Positions 21,017-31,094 of a stretch of 32,000 nucleotides of DNA are shown one piece after another. The notes beneath the pieces were generated by a model. That model saw only the letters and a list, made by a program, of their open reading frames with translations. It had not been told where the DNA came from and did not search any database. Source of the stretch: Paracoccus suum (GTDB lineage Bacteria > Pseudomonadota > Alphaproteobacteria > Rhodobacterales > Rhodobacteraceae); the NCBI RefSeq assembly GCF_003324675.1, contig NZ_CP030918.1, positions 3,150,001-3,182,000 of the forward strand, in the 5' to 3' direction. The position numbers and the translations under genes were made by a program. Each line of letters begins with the position of its first letter. The first letter of the stretch is position 1.

Positions 21017-21615
21017 TCACAGTCCCTGCCCTGGCTTGGGATCGGTCATCCGCATGGCCTTGGCCGGGTCGCGCCACATCTGTTGCAACACATCCTGGCG
21101 CTTGACGTCCTTGCGGTGGCGCAGGGTCAGCAGGATGGCACCGATCATCGCGACCAGCAGGATCAGGCCTGCGGTCTGGAACACCAGCAGGTAGCGGTCA
21201 TAGAGGACCAGCCCCAGCGCATGGGTGTTCAGCGTGCTCGCGACGATCGGGACGCCGCGCATCGCCTCGGCGGTCTCGGCCGACTGCCAGGCGCCAAAGG
21301 CGACCGCCAGCTGCGCGAGGATCACGAGGCCCATCAACAGCCCGAGCGGCAGATAGCGCGCAAACTCGCCCCGCAGTTCGGCGAAATCGACGTCCAGCAT
21401 CATCACGACGAACAGGAACAGCACCGCCACCGCGCCGACATAGACGATGATCAGCAGCATGGCGACGAACTCGGCCCCTTGCAGGACAAAGAGGCCGGAG
21501 GCCGACAGGAAAGCAAGGATCAGCCAAAGCACCGAATGGACCGGGTTGCGCGAGATCACGACCATGAAGCCGCCGACGCAGGCTGACAGCGCGAACAGCC
21601 AGAACGCGAATGCCA

Positions 21616-21619
<4 letters not shown>
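21017..21619 (-). CDS. nuoJ: NADH-quinone oxidoreductase subunit J
   Basis: ORF 21017..21700 trimmed to ATGATG at 21619 ([13 protein letters not shown]..). GAGGAGGA SD lies upstream and the start overlaps the preceding stop (ATGA). 200 aa polytopic, in the nuoJ position. Confidence 0.9.
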
Positions 21620-22523
<904 letters not shown>

Positions 22524-22946
22524 TCAGCCCTTTGCCTGCGCCAGCAACGCCTTGCGGCGGGCGGGCGGATAGACCGCCTCGAAATCCGCCTGCACTTTTG
22601 CCATCTCGCCCCCCACCTCGGCCGGATCGTCGCGAAAACAACCCATCAGCCCGTCCGCGGCGATCAGCAGCGGGCCCCATTTGGCGGGGTGGTCGTGCTT
22701 TTCGATGCGTTCGGCCGCGTAGGCAAAGCCGGTGGTGACCAGCGGCCAACGATCGCCCGAGGCCATCAGCGCCGCCCCGTCCGCGACCCCGGTCTGGGCA
22801 TCGAGACCGGGCGCCAGGCGCACAAACTCATCGGCATAGCGCGCGCACTCCAGATCGGGTGCGCCCTCGGCCAGCGCCGGTCCGGCCGCAGCCAGCAGCG
22901 AAAGCGTCAGCGCGGCCCGGCCGGCGCTATGCCAGAGGGCGGTCAT
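22524..22946 (-). CDS. predicted exported protein of unknown function (between nuoH and nuoI)
   Basis: 140 aa with Sec-type signal MTALWHSAGRAALTLSLLAAAGPALA/EG and two Cys in the mature part. The ATG shares 1 nt with the stop of the upstream 62-aa frame. Its stop overlaps the GAGGAG SD of nuoI. Confidence 0.7.
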   Translation of the reverse strand: MTALWHSAGRAALTLSLLAAAGPALAEGAPDLECARYADEFVRLAPGLDAQTGVADGAALMASGDRWPLVTTGFAYAAERIEKHDHPAKWGPLLIAADGLMGCFRDDPAEVGGEMAKVQADFEAVYPPARRKALLAQAKG

Positions 22947-23134
22947 CAGCCAAGATCCCCGCGGCCATGCTCTGGGCGGGCAAAGCGGTCGAGCGCCGCA
23001 ACCACCTGACGGACGGTCGCGTCGTCGGCGGACAGCCCGAATTCCTGCAGCTCGCGCGACAGGTAGTGCGCGAACTCGGCCTTTTCGGTCTCGCCTGCCG
23101 CGCTGAGGGCGTGGGCAATGGAATGTGCAGCCAT
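22946..23134 (-). CDS. small soluble acidic protein of unknown function (between nuoH and nuoI)
   Basis: 62 aa. The ATG lies 4 nt after the nuoH stop, with a GGAGG SD inside the nuoH 3' end. GC3-rich codons. Confidence 0.6.
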   Translation of the reverse strand: MAAHSIAHALSAAGETEKAEFAHYLSRELQEFGLSADDATVRQVVAALDRFARPEHGRGDLG

Positions 23135-23138
23135 GATC

Positions 23139-24203
23139 CTAACCTCCGGTTACAACGGTGCCGATCTGCGCCAGGTTGTCCCAGCGCGCCCAGGCACCAT
23201 CCAGTACCTGGAACCGCGCCAGGAAGGCGACAATCACCACCCAGGCCAGCGACAGCGGCAGGAACACCTTCCAGCCGATGCGCATCAACTGGTCATAGCG
23301 GTAGCGCGGGACGATGGCTTTCACCATCGCGAACATGAAGAACCAGACCCACATCTTGGCCACCATCCACAGCGCGCCATCGGGAAGGCCGGGGATCGGC
23401 GACAGCCAGCCGCCGAAGAACAGCAGCGAAATCAGGGCGCACATCAGGAAGATGGCGATGTATTCGCCCGCCATGAACAGCAGGTACAGGGTCGATGAAT
23501 ACTCGACCATGAAGCCGGCGACCAGTTCGCTCTCGGCCTCGACCAGGTCGAAGGGGGGACGGTTCGTCTCGGCCAGGGCGCTGATGAAGAAGAGCGCCAG
23601 CATCGGCAGGTGCGGCAGCCAGTACCAGTTAAAGAGCCCTGCCCCGCCGCGCTGTGCCTCGACGATCGCGGTCAGGTTCATCGAGCCGGTCGAGATGATG
23701 ATGCCGATGATGATGAGGCCGAGCGAGACCTCGTAGGAGATCATCTGCGCGGCCGAGCGCAGGCTGCCGAGAAACGGGTATTTCGAGTTCGAGGCCCAGC
23801 CACCCATGATCACGCCATACACCTCGAGCGAGGAGACGGCGAAGATGAACAGGATGCCGACGTTGATGTTGGCCATGACCCAGCCGGGCGCAAACGGAAT
23901 CGCCACCCAGGCCAGCAGCGCCAGCATCATCGACAGGAACGGTGCCAGGAAATAGACGAACTTGTCGGCGCCCGCCGGCACGACGATTTCCTTGACGACA
24001 TACTTCAGCGCGTCGGCGACCGACTGCAGCAGGCCCCAGGGCCCGACCACGTTCGGGCCGCGGCGCATCTGCACGGCGGCCCAGATCTTGCGGTCGCCAT
24101 AAACCAGGAAAAGCAGCGAGATCATCACGAAGGCGATGATTCCCAGCCCCTGAGCCAGCATCAGCACAAAGGTGCCAAGCGGGGATGCCAGAAAGCCTGC
24201 CAT
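23139..24203 (-). CDS. nuoH: NADH-quinone oxidoreductase subunit H
   Basis: 354 aa polytopic protein with conserved [29 protein letters not shown] and ETNRPPFDL motifs. Confidence 0.95.
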   Translation of the reverse strand: MAGFLASPLGTFVLMLAQGLGIIAFVMISLLFLVYGDRKIWAAVQMRRGPNVVGPWGLLQSVADALKYVVKEIVVPAGADKFVYFLAPFLSMMLALLAWVAIPFAPGWVMANINVGILFIFAVSSLEVYGVIMGGWASNSKYPFLGSLRSAAQMISYEVSLGLIIIGIIISTGSMNLTAIVEAQRGGAGLFNWYWLPHLPMLALFFISALAETNRPPFDLVEAESELVAGFMVEYSSTLYLLFMAGEYIAIFLMCALISLLFFGGWLSPIPGLPDGALWMVAKMWVWFFMFAMVKAIVPRYRYDQLMRIGWKVFLPLSLAWVVIVAFLARFQVLDGAWARWDNLAQIGTVVTGG

Positions 24204-24217
24204 ATGTCCCTAACCTC

Positions 24218-25021
24218 TCATGCCGCGGGGATTCCGCGCGTCTCGCATTCGGCCAGCGTCGTGCGTGCCTCGACCACGCGCAAGCCCATCGGCTCTACCG
24301 CCGAGACTGCAAACACCGAGGCCACGCGCAGGCGTCCGTCCGCGTCTTGCTGAAGGGTGCGGACGTGACGGGCAAAGGGCGTCCCGTTCCGCGCGGCCCA
24401 ACCGGCAAGCGCGCAAGTCGCATAGGCGAAGGCCGTATCGGCGTCCACCCCTCGCTTGAGGTCGGCGGTCACCTCGACCAGCCGCAGACGGTCGCGCGCG
24501 GGCGTTGGCTGTTTCTTGCGGGCCTTGCCGGCGATCTGCGGGGTATCGCCGGGGCGCAGTTCGGCGACGCTCGCGCCGAGGAAGGTTCCCGGTGGCGGCG
24601 GGGCGGCGCCGGGCTCGGCCTGTGGCAACGCCGGGGCGCGCTGGGACTGGAAATCCGCCTCGAGAATCTCTTGTGCACTCAGGTCGGGGAGGTCGGCGGC
24701 TTGCGTGTCAGCCGCGGGCGGCGCGACCTTGGCCAGCTGCGCCTCGCTGACGCCGAGCGCCCGCTGGCCCTCCCGGCTGCCCAGTGGGACGGCCACCACC
24801 TTGCCCTCGATGCCCATGATGAGGATTTCGCCCTTGCGGGTCGCCACCCGCGCCTTTTGCGGACGGCCGTCGGGGCCGGCGACCGCCGTCTCCAACGCAT
24901 CGGGCTTGAGCCGGGGACGGCCATCGCTGGCGCCCTTGGACCCCTCGCCGCAAGCGGCGAGCGTCATCGTCCCAAGGCACAGGGTCAGCAGCGCGGTTCG
25001 CCCTGTCAGCCGACTCTGCAT
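24218..25021 (-). CDS. predicted lipoprotein of unknown function (between nuoG and nuoH)
   Basis: 267 aa. Signal peptide with lipobox LAAC (Cys24) followed by Gly. Pro/Ala-rich central linker and a C-terminal domain with two Cys. ATG 21 nt after the nuoG stop; its stop is 14 nt before the nuoH ATG. Confidence 0.7.
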   Translation of the reverse strand: MQSRLTGRTALLTLCLGTMTLAACGEGSKGASDGRPRLKPDALETAVAGPDGRPQKARVATRKGEILIMGIEGKVVAVPLGSREGQRALGVSEAQLAKVAPPAADTQAADLPDLSAQEILEADFQSQRAPALPQAEPGAAPPPPGTFLGASVAELRPGDTPQIAGKARKKQPTPARDRLRLVEVTADLKRGVDADTAFAYATCALAGWAARNGTPFARHVRTLQQDADGRLRVASVFAVSAVEPMGLRVVEARTTLAECETRGIPAA

Positions 25022-25042
25022 CCCCCGCCCCTGACCTGCAGC

Positions 25043-27064
25043 CTACTCGGCCGCGAGCGGGGGGAGGTGCCGCGCCGCCGCCATGGCCGCAAGCTCGGCC
25101 ATCACAGGCGAGGCGCGGGCAATGGGGTTGGTCAGGTAGTAATCCTGGACCGGACTGACGAAGGGTCCGCTGCCCAGCGTGCCTAGCGGCACCGGCTGCG
25201 CCTCGTTCTGCGGCACCTGATCCAGCTGGCCCAGATGCGGATGCGCCGCAATCAGCACGCGCCGCAGTTGAGCCAGCGAGTCCCATGGTTGAACCGCGCC
25301 GACTTCGGCTGACAGGGCGCGAAGGATGGCCCAGTCCTCCTTGGCCTCGCCCGGCGGAAAATTGGCCCGCAGCGCCAGTTGCGGCCGGCCCTCGGTGTTG
25401 ACGAAAAGGCCCGACTGCTCGGTATAGCAGGCCGCCGGCAGCACCACATCCGCGTGATGCGCGCCCCGATCGCCATGGCTGCCCTGGTAGATCACGAAAC
25501 GTCCGGCCGGAATGTCGGCCTCGTCGGCGCCAAGCGAATAGATCACCTCGGCGCCCTCCAGCGCGGCTTCCACCCCGCCCTCGGTCACAGCGCCGATATC
25601 CATCGCGCCCACGCGGCTGGCGGCTGTGTGCAGCACCAGCAGCTTCGAGAGGGTATTTTCCGCCAGTCGCACCGCATGGCCCAGCACCGCGGCGCCGTCG
25701 CTGCCAGTCAATGCACCGGCCCCCAGGATCACCAGCGTCGGACGCTCGCGCGTCTCGGCGCTGATCTCGCGCCCAGACAGGCTTTCCAGCGCGGCGCGGT
25801 CGGTGCCGACGTGGGCGTAGTCATAGGTCAGGTCGGCCGCCTCACCGATAAGCCCGATCTGCGCGCCGCGCAGCCAGGCCTTGCGGATGCGGGCGTTCAG
25901 CACCGGCGCCTCGACACGCGGGTTGGTACCGATCAGCTGGATCATCTCGGCTTGGTCGATGTCGGCAATGGTGGCAGTCCCGGCATAGCCGGCCCGGTCG
26001 CCGGCCTGCAGGGCGGCGCCGTCGATGCGGCATTCGACCGACCCGCCCAGGCCCTCGATCAGGTTCTTCAGCGCGAAGGCGGCCTCGACCGGGGCCAGAT
26101 CGCCGACGAGCCCCGCGACCTTGCGGCCCTTCATGGCGGCAGCGGCCGCAGCCAGCGCTTCAGGCCAACTGGCCGGGCGCAGGCGCCCGTTCTCGCGGAT
26201 ATAGGGCTTGTCGAGCCGCTGGCGGCGCAAACCGTCCCAGATAAAGCGCGACTTGTCCGCCAGCCATTCCTCGTTCACGCCGTCATTGTTGCGCGGCAGG
26301 ATACGCATGACTTCGCGGCCCTTGCTGTCAATGCGGATGTTGCTGCCCAGCGCATCCATGACGTCGATCGATTCGGTCTTGGTCAGCTCCCACGGGCGGG
26401 CGGTAAAGGCATAGGGCTTGGACACCAGCGCGCCGACCGGGCACAGGTCGATGATGTTGCCCTGCAGGTTCGAGTTCAGCGTCTCGTTGAGATAGCTGGT
26501 GATCTCGCTGTCCTCGCCGCGGCCGGTCTGGCCCATCTGGGTGATGCCCGCGACCTCGGTGGTAAAGCGCACGCAGCGGGTGCAGCTGATGCACCGGGTC
26601 ATGTGCGTCTCGACCAGCGGCCCGAGGTTCAGTTCCTCTGCCGCGCGCTTGGGCTCGCGGTAGCGGCTGAAATCGACGCCATAGGCCATCGCCTGGTCCT
26701 GCAGGTCGCACTCGCCGCCCTGATCGCAGATCGGGCAGTCCAGCGGGTGGTTGATCAGCAGGAACTCCATCACCCCTTCGCGGGCCTTGCGCACCATGGG
26801 GCTGTTGGTCAGCACCTCGGGCGAGGCGCCGTCCTTGCCCGGGCGCAGGTCCTTGACCTGCATCGCGCAGGAAGCGGTCGGCTTGGGCGGCCCCCCAACC
26901 ACTTCGACAAGGCACATGCGGCAGTTGCCGGCGATCGACAGGCGTTCGTGATAGCAAAAGCGCGGGATCTCGATCCCGGCCTGCTCGCAGGCCTGGATCA
27001 AGGTCAGGTTCGGATCGACCTCGAGGTCGCGGCCGTCGATCCGAAGTGTGCGAAGCGTGGTCAT
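25043..27064 (-). CDS. nuoG: NADH-quinone oxidoreductase subunit G
   Basis: ORF 25043..27145 trimmed to the ATG at 27064 ([16 protein letters not shown]), 673 aa. Cluster motifs [37 protein letters not shown] and [10 protein letters not shown]. Confidence 0.95.
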   Translation of the reverse strand: MTTLRTLRIDGRDLEVDPNLTLIQACEQAGIEIPRFCYHERLSIAGNCRMCLVEVVGGPPKPTASCAMQVKDLRPGKDGASPEVLTNSPMVRKAREGVMEFLLINHPLDCPICDQGGECDLQDQAMAYGVDFSRYREPKRAAEELNLGPLVETHMTRCISCTRCVRFTTEVAGITQMGQTGRGEDSEITSYLNETLNSNLQGNIIDLCPVGALVSKPYAFTARPWELTKTESIDVMDALGSNIRIDSKGREVMRILPRNNDGVNEEWLADKSRFIWDGLRRQRLDKPYIRENGRLRPASWPEALAAAAAAMKGRKVAGLVGDLAPVEAAFALKNLIEGLGGSVECRIDGAALQAGDRAGYAGTATIADIDQAEMIQLIGTNPRVEAPVLNARIRKAWLRGAQIGLIGEAADLTYDYAHVGTDRAALESLSGREISAETRERPTLVILGAGALTGSDGAAVLGHAVRLAENTLSKLLVLHTAASRVGAMDIGAVTEGGVEAALEGAEVIYSLGADEADIPAGRFVIYQGSHGDRGAHHADVVLPAACYTEQSGLFVNTEGRPQLALRANFPPGEAKEDWAILRALSAEVGAVQPWDSLAQLRRVLIAAHPHLGQLDQVPQNEAQPVPLGTLGSGPFVSPVQDYYLTNPIARASPVMAELAAMAAARHLPPLAAE

Positions 27065-27092
27065 TGCGCGTCTGCCTGTCGGTTGGCCCGCC

Positions 27093-27524
27093 TCAGGGAA
27101 GGCGGGTAAAGCGGTGGGTTTCGGGCGTGGCGAACCGGTCGCCATCCGGATTGATCAGCAGTCCCATCCGGTCAGAGCCGGCGCGCCAGACGCCGACGGC
27201 GTCGACCTGGGCGGCAAGGCGGTCGCGGGTGTCGACCGGAAGAGGCGTTGTAAAACGCGCGCCCTGAGGCGTCGTGCAGGTGATGGCAGCGCCGGTCAGA
27301 TCACCTGTCACGTTCAGCAGCGGCCGGCCGAGCAGGTCGCGGCCCTGACGGACGCTGGCGCCCGGCGCATCGGCCGCGCAACTCATACCGGCCGGTGTCA
27401 GCAGATCGAGGCGAAAGCCGAACGAGGTGCGCGGACTGGCCGCCAGCGCATCTCCCAGAACCATGGTCATTGCCGCGAGCGCCAGCAGCGCCATTCCGAT
27501 CCAACGCATCACCGTCCCCCTCAT
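27093..27524 (-). CDS. predicted exported protein of unknown function (upstream of nuoG)
   Basis: 143 aa. ATG at 27524 overlaps the upstream stop (ATGA). An alternative ATG at 27509 has a GAGGGGGA SD. Signal-like [24 protein letters not shown], and two Cys in the mature part. Confidence 0.6.
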   Translation of the reverse strand: MRGTVMRWIGMALLALAAMTMVLGDALAASPRTSFGFRLDLLTPAGMSCAADAPGASVRQGRDLLGRPLLNVTGDLTGAAITCTTPQGARFTTPLPVDTRDRLAAQVDAVGVWRAGSDRMGLLINPDGDRFATPETHRFTRLP

Positions 27525-27931
27525 TTCGACACCAGCAGATTGCCGGCGACGCTACCCGCCGCGATCTCGGCTCGGCCGACGCCGCAAAAGCTTTCGGGGT
27601 CGCCTTCGCGCGCGCCCTGCTGGGCCAGATAAGCCTCGGCCGTGGCATAGATGCGCTGGCGATCGGGCTTGCTGTCAAGGAAAGCGTCGATCTGGGCGCC
27701 GGAATAGCCTTTCTTTTCGGCATAACGCTTCAACGCGCGGGCCTGGGAAAAGGCCTCGATCATGCGTCCGTCAATGCTGGGGCAGGTGCGCCGCACGCGG
27801 TCGGCGACCCGCGCCGCAACCAGGCGGTCGTTGATATACCGCTCTTTCGAAAGCGGCTCGAGTGCGGCGGCGGGTGCGGCGAGCGCGGCGAGCGTCACCA
27901 GGGACGCGGTCAGGATCGGCAGGGTTTTCAT
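27521..27931 (-). CDS. predicted exported protein of unknown function (possibly the Rhodobacterales DUF5333 family, from memory)
   Basis: ORF 27521..28144 trimmed to the ATG at 27931 ([26 protein letters not shown]), 136 aa. GAGG SD about 7 nt upstream. Two Cys in the mature part. Confidence 0.7.
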   Translation of the reverse strand: MKTLPILTASLVTLAALAAPAAALEPLSKERYINDRLVAARVADRVRRTCPSIDGRMIEAFSQARALKRYAEKKGYSGAQIDAFLDSKPDRQRIYATAEAYLAQQGAREGDPESFCGVGRAEIAAGSVAGNLLVSK

Positions 27932-28026
27932 CTTGGCCTCACGCTGGAACAAGGGCCCAGCATGCCGCAAACCGCGCCGGGATACCCGACACGCCCGCGT
28001 CATTTCACCGTGAGCCCGCGCCTGCA

Positions 28027-28488
28027 TCAGAACCACGCCTTCTGCCCAGCCTCGTAGGTCTCGTAGAACTGCTCGTCTGTGCGGGTCAGATAGATCACCG
28101 CCTCGATCAGCGCGATCACCGCGACAATGCCGGTTGGAATCCACAGCAGCACAAAGCCGAACAGGGTCGAGACCAGCATGATCAGCCCGGCGGTATTGTA
28201 GCCGAGATAGAACTTGTGAAATCCGAAGGCACCCAGAAACAGCGCCAGCAGCCCCGCAACCAGCCGGTTCTTGTGATCCAGCAGGATGCCCGGAAAGGCC
28301 TGCACCGGATTGGGATAGACCCGGACCGCGCGGTTGCCATCGACCTCGAAATCGACGCTGACGCCAGGCCGAGCGATCTGGCCGTCGCCCAGCAGGTCGG
28401 CCGCGGCGACGTCATAGCGATGGCCGTCGGCGCCGGTGATGACACCGACCCCGGTGGCATGGTCGATATGAAGGATGCGGCCCTTCAT
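28027..28488 (-). CDS. TM2-domain membrane protein with a small N-terminal beta-rich (cold-shock/OB-like) domain
   Basis: 3' 462 nt of ORF 28027..29178, with the ATG at 28488 only 2 nt after the nuoF stop. 153 aa. C-terminal half has two TM helices with the TM2-domain signature [12 protein letters not shown]-terminus is [27 protein letters not shown]....[16 protein letters not shown]. Confidence 0.75.
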   Translation of the reverse strand: MKGRILHIDHATGVGVITGADGHRYDVAAADLLGDGQIARPGVSVDFEVDGNRAVRVYPNPVQAFPGILLDHKNRLVAGLLALFLGAFGFHKFYLGYNTAGLIMLVSTLFGFVLLWIPTGIVAVIALIEAVIYLTRTDEQFYETYEAGQKAWF

Positions 28489-28490
28489 GC

Positions 28491-29789
28491 TTACTCGGCC
28501 GCCATTGCGGCGGTGTTGCGCCCGGTGCGGCGCGCCTTGATGCGGTCCTCGATCTCGTCGCGGAAGCCACGCACCAGACCCTGAATCGGCCAGGCCGCCG
28601 CATCGCCGAGTGCGCAGATGGTATGGCCCTCGACCTGCTTGGTCACGTCCAGCAGCATGTCGATTTCTTCGATCTCGGCCTCGCCGCGGACCAGCCGGTC
28701 CATGACACGCATCATCCAGCCCGTGCCCTCGCGGCATGGCGTGCACTGGCCGCAGCTCTCGTGCTTGTAGAACTTGCTGAAGCGCCAGATCGCCTTGATC
28801 ACGTCGGTCGACTGATCCATCACGATGACCGCCGCCGTGCCGAGGCCGCTGCGATGCTCGCGCAGCCAGTCGAAATCCATGATCGCGTCTTCGCACTGCT
28901 CGGCCGTCAGCAGCGGCACGGACGAGCCGCCCGGGATAACTGCCTTGAGGTTGTCCCAGCCGCCGCGAACCCCGCCGCAATGCTCGTCCAGCAGCTGGCG
29001 CAGCGGAATCGACATCGCTTCCTCGACGACGCAGGGCTTGTTCACGTGACCCGAGATGCCAAAGATCTTGGTGCCGGTGTTGTTGGGCCGGCCGATGCCC
29101 GCGAACCATTCCGCCCCGCGACGCAGGATCGTGGGGACGACGGCGATGCTTTCGACGTTGTTCACCGTGGTCGGGCAACCATAAAGCCCCGCGCCGGCCG
29201 GGAACGGCGGCTTCATGCGCGGCATGCCCTTCTTGCCCTCGAGGCTTTCAAGCAGCGCGGTTTCCTCGCCGCAGATATAGGCCCCGGCGCCATGGGCGAG
29301 GTAGATGTCGAGGTCCCAGCCGGATTTCGCCGCGTTGCGGCCCAGCAGGCCGGCGTCATAGGCCTCGTCGATGGCGGTCTGCAGCGCCTCGCGCTCGCGG
29401 ATGTATTCGCCGCGCAGGTAGATGTAGCAGGCATGGGCGCCCATGGCGAAGCTGGCGATCAGGCAGCCCTCGACCAGGGTGTGCGGATCATGGCGCATGA
29501 TCTCGCGGTCCTTGCAGGTGCCCGGCTCGGACTCGTCGGCGTTCACGACGAGGTAGGACGGTCGCCCATCACTTTCCTTGGGCATGAAGGACCACTTGAG
29601 GCCGGTCGGAAAGCCCGCCCCGCCCCGGCCGCGCAACCCGCTGGCCTTGACCTGCTCGATGATCGTGTCGCGGCCACGCTGGATGATCTCGGCGGTGCCG
29701 TCCCAGGCACCGCGCGAGATCGCGCCCTTCAGGCTGCGGTCGCGCATCCCGTAGAGGTTCTGGAAGATGCGATCCTGATCTTTCAGCAT
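28491..29789 (-). CDS. nuoF: NADH-quinone oxidoreductase subunit F
   Basis: ORF 28491..29960 trimmed to the ATG at 29789 ([14 protein letters not shown]), 432 aa. FMN/NADH site [19 protein letters not shown] and N3 cluster motif [12 protein letters not shown]. Confidence 0.95.
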   Translation of the reverse strand: MLKDQDRIFQNLYGMRDRSLKGAISRGAWDGTAEIIQRGRDTIIEQVKASGLRGRGGAGFPTGLKWSFMPKESDGRPSYLVVNADESEPGTCKDREIMRHDPHTLVEGCLIASFAMGAHACYIYLRGEYIREREALQTAIDEAYDAGLLGRNAAKSGWDLDIYLAHGAGAYICGEETALLESLEGKKGMPRMKPPFPAGAGLYGCPTTVNNVESIAVVPTILRRGAEWFAGIGRPNNTGTKIFGISGHVNKPCVVEEAMSIPLRQLLDEHCGGVRGGWDNLKAVIPGGSSVPLLTAEQCEDAIMDFDWLREHRSGLGTAAVIVMDQSTDVIKAIWRFSKFYKHESCGQCTPCREGTGWMMRVMDRLVRGEAEIEEIDMLLDVTKQVEGHTICALGDAAAWPIQGLVRGFRDEIEDRIKARRTGRNTAAMAAE

Positions 29790-29818
29790 GGTCCCGTGTC
29801 CGTTCCTGTTCGCGGCCC

Positions 29819-30097
29819 TCAGGCCGTGCGCCGCCGCTGCCAGATGCGCCAGGTCACCGCAAGCGACCAGACGAGGGCGGCGATCGCCGCGAGATCTATC
29901 AGGAAGGCGTAGCGCGCTTCCCATCCGTATTTGCCGCCGAGCCACTGCAGGCCCAGCCACAGCACCATGGCCGCTGCCATCACGCCGCCCCCCAGCCGCG
30001 CCTGCCCGGAATCGCGGCGAGCCTGTGCCGCAGCCGCGGCATCGGCCGCCGCCTTTGCCTCGGCCGAGGCGAGGCTGCGCTGACGGCGGCTAGCCAT
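29819..30097 (-). CDS. small two-TM membrane protein of unknown function (possibly DUF5337, from memory)
   Basis: ORF 29819..30142 trimmed to the ATG at 30097 ([15 protein letters not shown]..), 92 aa. The ATG overlaps the upstream stop by 8 nt (ATGGCTAG). Two hydrophobic helices: [17 protein letters not shown] and [19 protein letters not shown]. Confidence 0.6.
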   Translation of the reverse strand: MASRRQRSLASAEAKAAADAAAAAQARRDSGQARLGGGVMAAAMVLWLGLQWLGGKYGWEARYAFLIDLAAIAALVWSLAVTWRIWQRRRTA

Positions 30098-31058
30098 CGT
30101 CGCGCGTCCCTTCCGGGCGCGTGGTGGCTCCCTGCGCGCCAATCAGGCGGGCAGCCTGCCCTGCCCAGTCCTCGGTGCGGATGCGATGACCGGCGCGGCC
30201 CATCATCCCGGCAAAGCGGGCGATGTCGGCATCGTCCCAGACGGCGATCTGTTCCACCGAGGTGACGCCACTGTCCCGCAGCCACGTGGCGGCCATCTGG
30301 TCGACCCCCTCGATGCGCATCAGCGGATCGCCCTCGTCGGCCGCCATGGGGTGATCACCGCCGGTTAGGGTCGCAACGCGATCCTCGCCCAGTTCGATGT
30401 CCCGTGCAGCCTGGCCCGCTTTCCGAGGCTTTTCCGCCTTGGGCTGCGCTTCCCGCCGCCGTTGCTCTTCCTCGGCGCTGCGGGCCTGATCGGCTTGGGA
30501 GGCTGGCAAGGGGTCGGTATAGGTCGCACTACCCGGCAGCGTCTCGGCCATCAGCGCGACGGGCGCGGTTGGGATGCAGGCCGAGATGCTGGGCGTCGCC
30601 AGCAGTGCCGCCCCGGGACCCGGGGGCACGTCCACGTCGGCATCCGGCTCGCGCATGTCAGCGACGGCAGGCTCGGCCACCGCTGAAGGACGGGCAACCG
30701 CCGGATCACGGCTGGCCTGCAAAGTTACGCTATCCAACGCCCGTGCCTCCAGTCCCTCGGGCGCGTCGGCGTCCAGCGGTCGGGTGGAGATAACCCGACC
30801 GCCCGGGGCCACGACCCGGCGGTTTGGGGTAAAAGGCTCGGGTTCCCACATGGTGGCCTGGATCGCCTCGTTTTCGGCGGCACTCCCTCGGCCCGAGCAG
30901 AGGCCCCAGACGAGTAGCGCGCCCAGCAAGCCACCCACCAGCACCGCCAGCAACACGGCGACGACAAACGGGTAGCCGCCGCCCAGCCATGCCGAGAGCA
31001 AGGTGAGAGCGCCCGCAACTGCCGCGGCGATCAAGCTTTTCTGCCTGCACTGATCCAT
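30090..31058 (-). CDS. membrane-anchored protein with a long disordered linker and a C-terminal helix-hairpin-helix-like domain (between nuoE and nuoF)
   Basis: 322 aa. ATG 36 nt after the nuoE stop, with a GAGG SD. Two N-terminal TM segments, an Ala/Pro/Asp/Glu-rich middle and a basic EEEQRRREAQPKAEKPRK stretch. C-terminus LMRIEGVDQMAATWLRDSGVTSVEQIAVWDDADIARFAGMMGRAGHRIRTEDWAGQAARL. Confidence 0.7.
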   Translation of the reverse strand: MDQCRQKSLIAAAVAGALTLLSAWLGGGYPFVVAVLLAVLVGGLLGALLVWGLCSGRGSAAENEAIQATMWEPEPFTPNRRVVAPGGRVISTRPLDADAPEGLEARALDSVTLQASRDPAVARPSAVAEPAVADMREPDADVDVPPGPGAALLATPSISACIPTAPVALMAETLPGSATYTDPLPASQADQARSAEEEQRRREAQPKAEKPRKAGQAARDIELGEDRVATLTGGDHPMAADEGDPLMRIEGVDQMAATWLRDSGVTSVEQIAVWDDADIARFAGMMGRAGHRIRTEDWAGQAARLIGAQGATTRPEGTRDDG

Positions 31059-31094
31059 CGCTAACCTCGCCGATCCGTTCTGCCCGCTGTCAGC

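Noticed and set aside
28027-29178. 383-aa ORF spanning the TM2 gene and running far into nuoF in another frame.
   Set aside because: Only the 3' 462 nt, from the ATG at 28488, looks like protein. The upstream part overlaps nuoF and is Arg/Gly/Pro-rich junk.
28491-29960. N-terminal extensions of track ORFs for nuoF, nuoG (to 27145), nuoJ (to 21700), rnj (to 13668), trmB (to 11923), aroA (to 11093) and the third SBP (to 5325).
   Set aside because: The extensions are Arg/Pro-rich and overlap the upstream gene. They precede internal ATGs that reproduce canonical family N-termini (for example [14 protein letters not shown] for NuoF) and have SD sequences, so the starts were trimmed.
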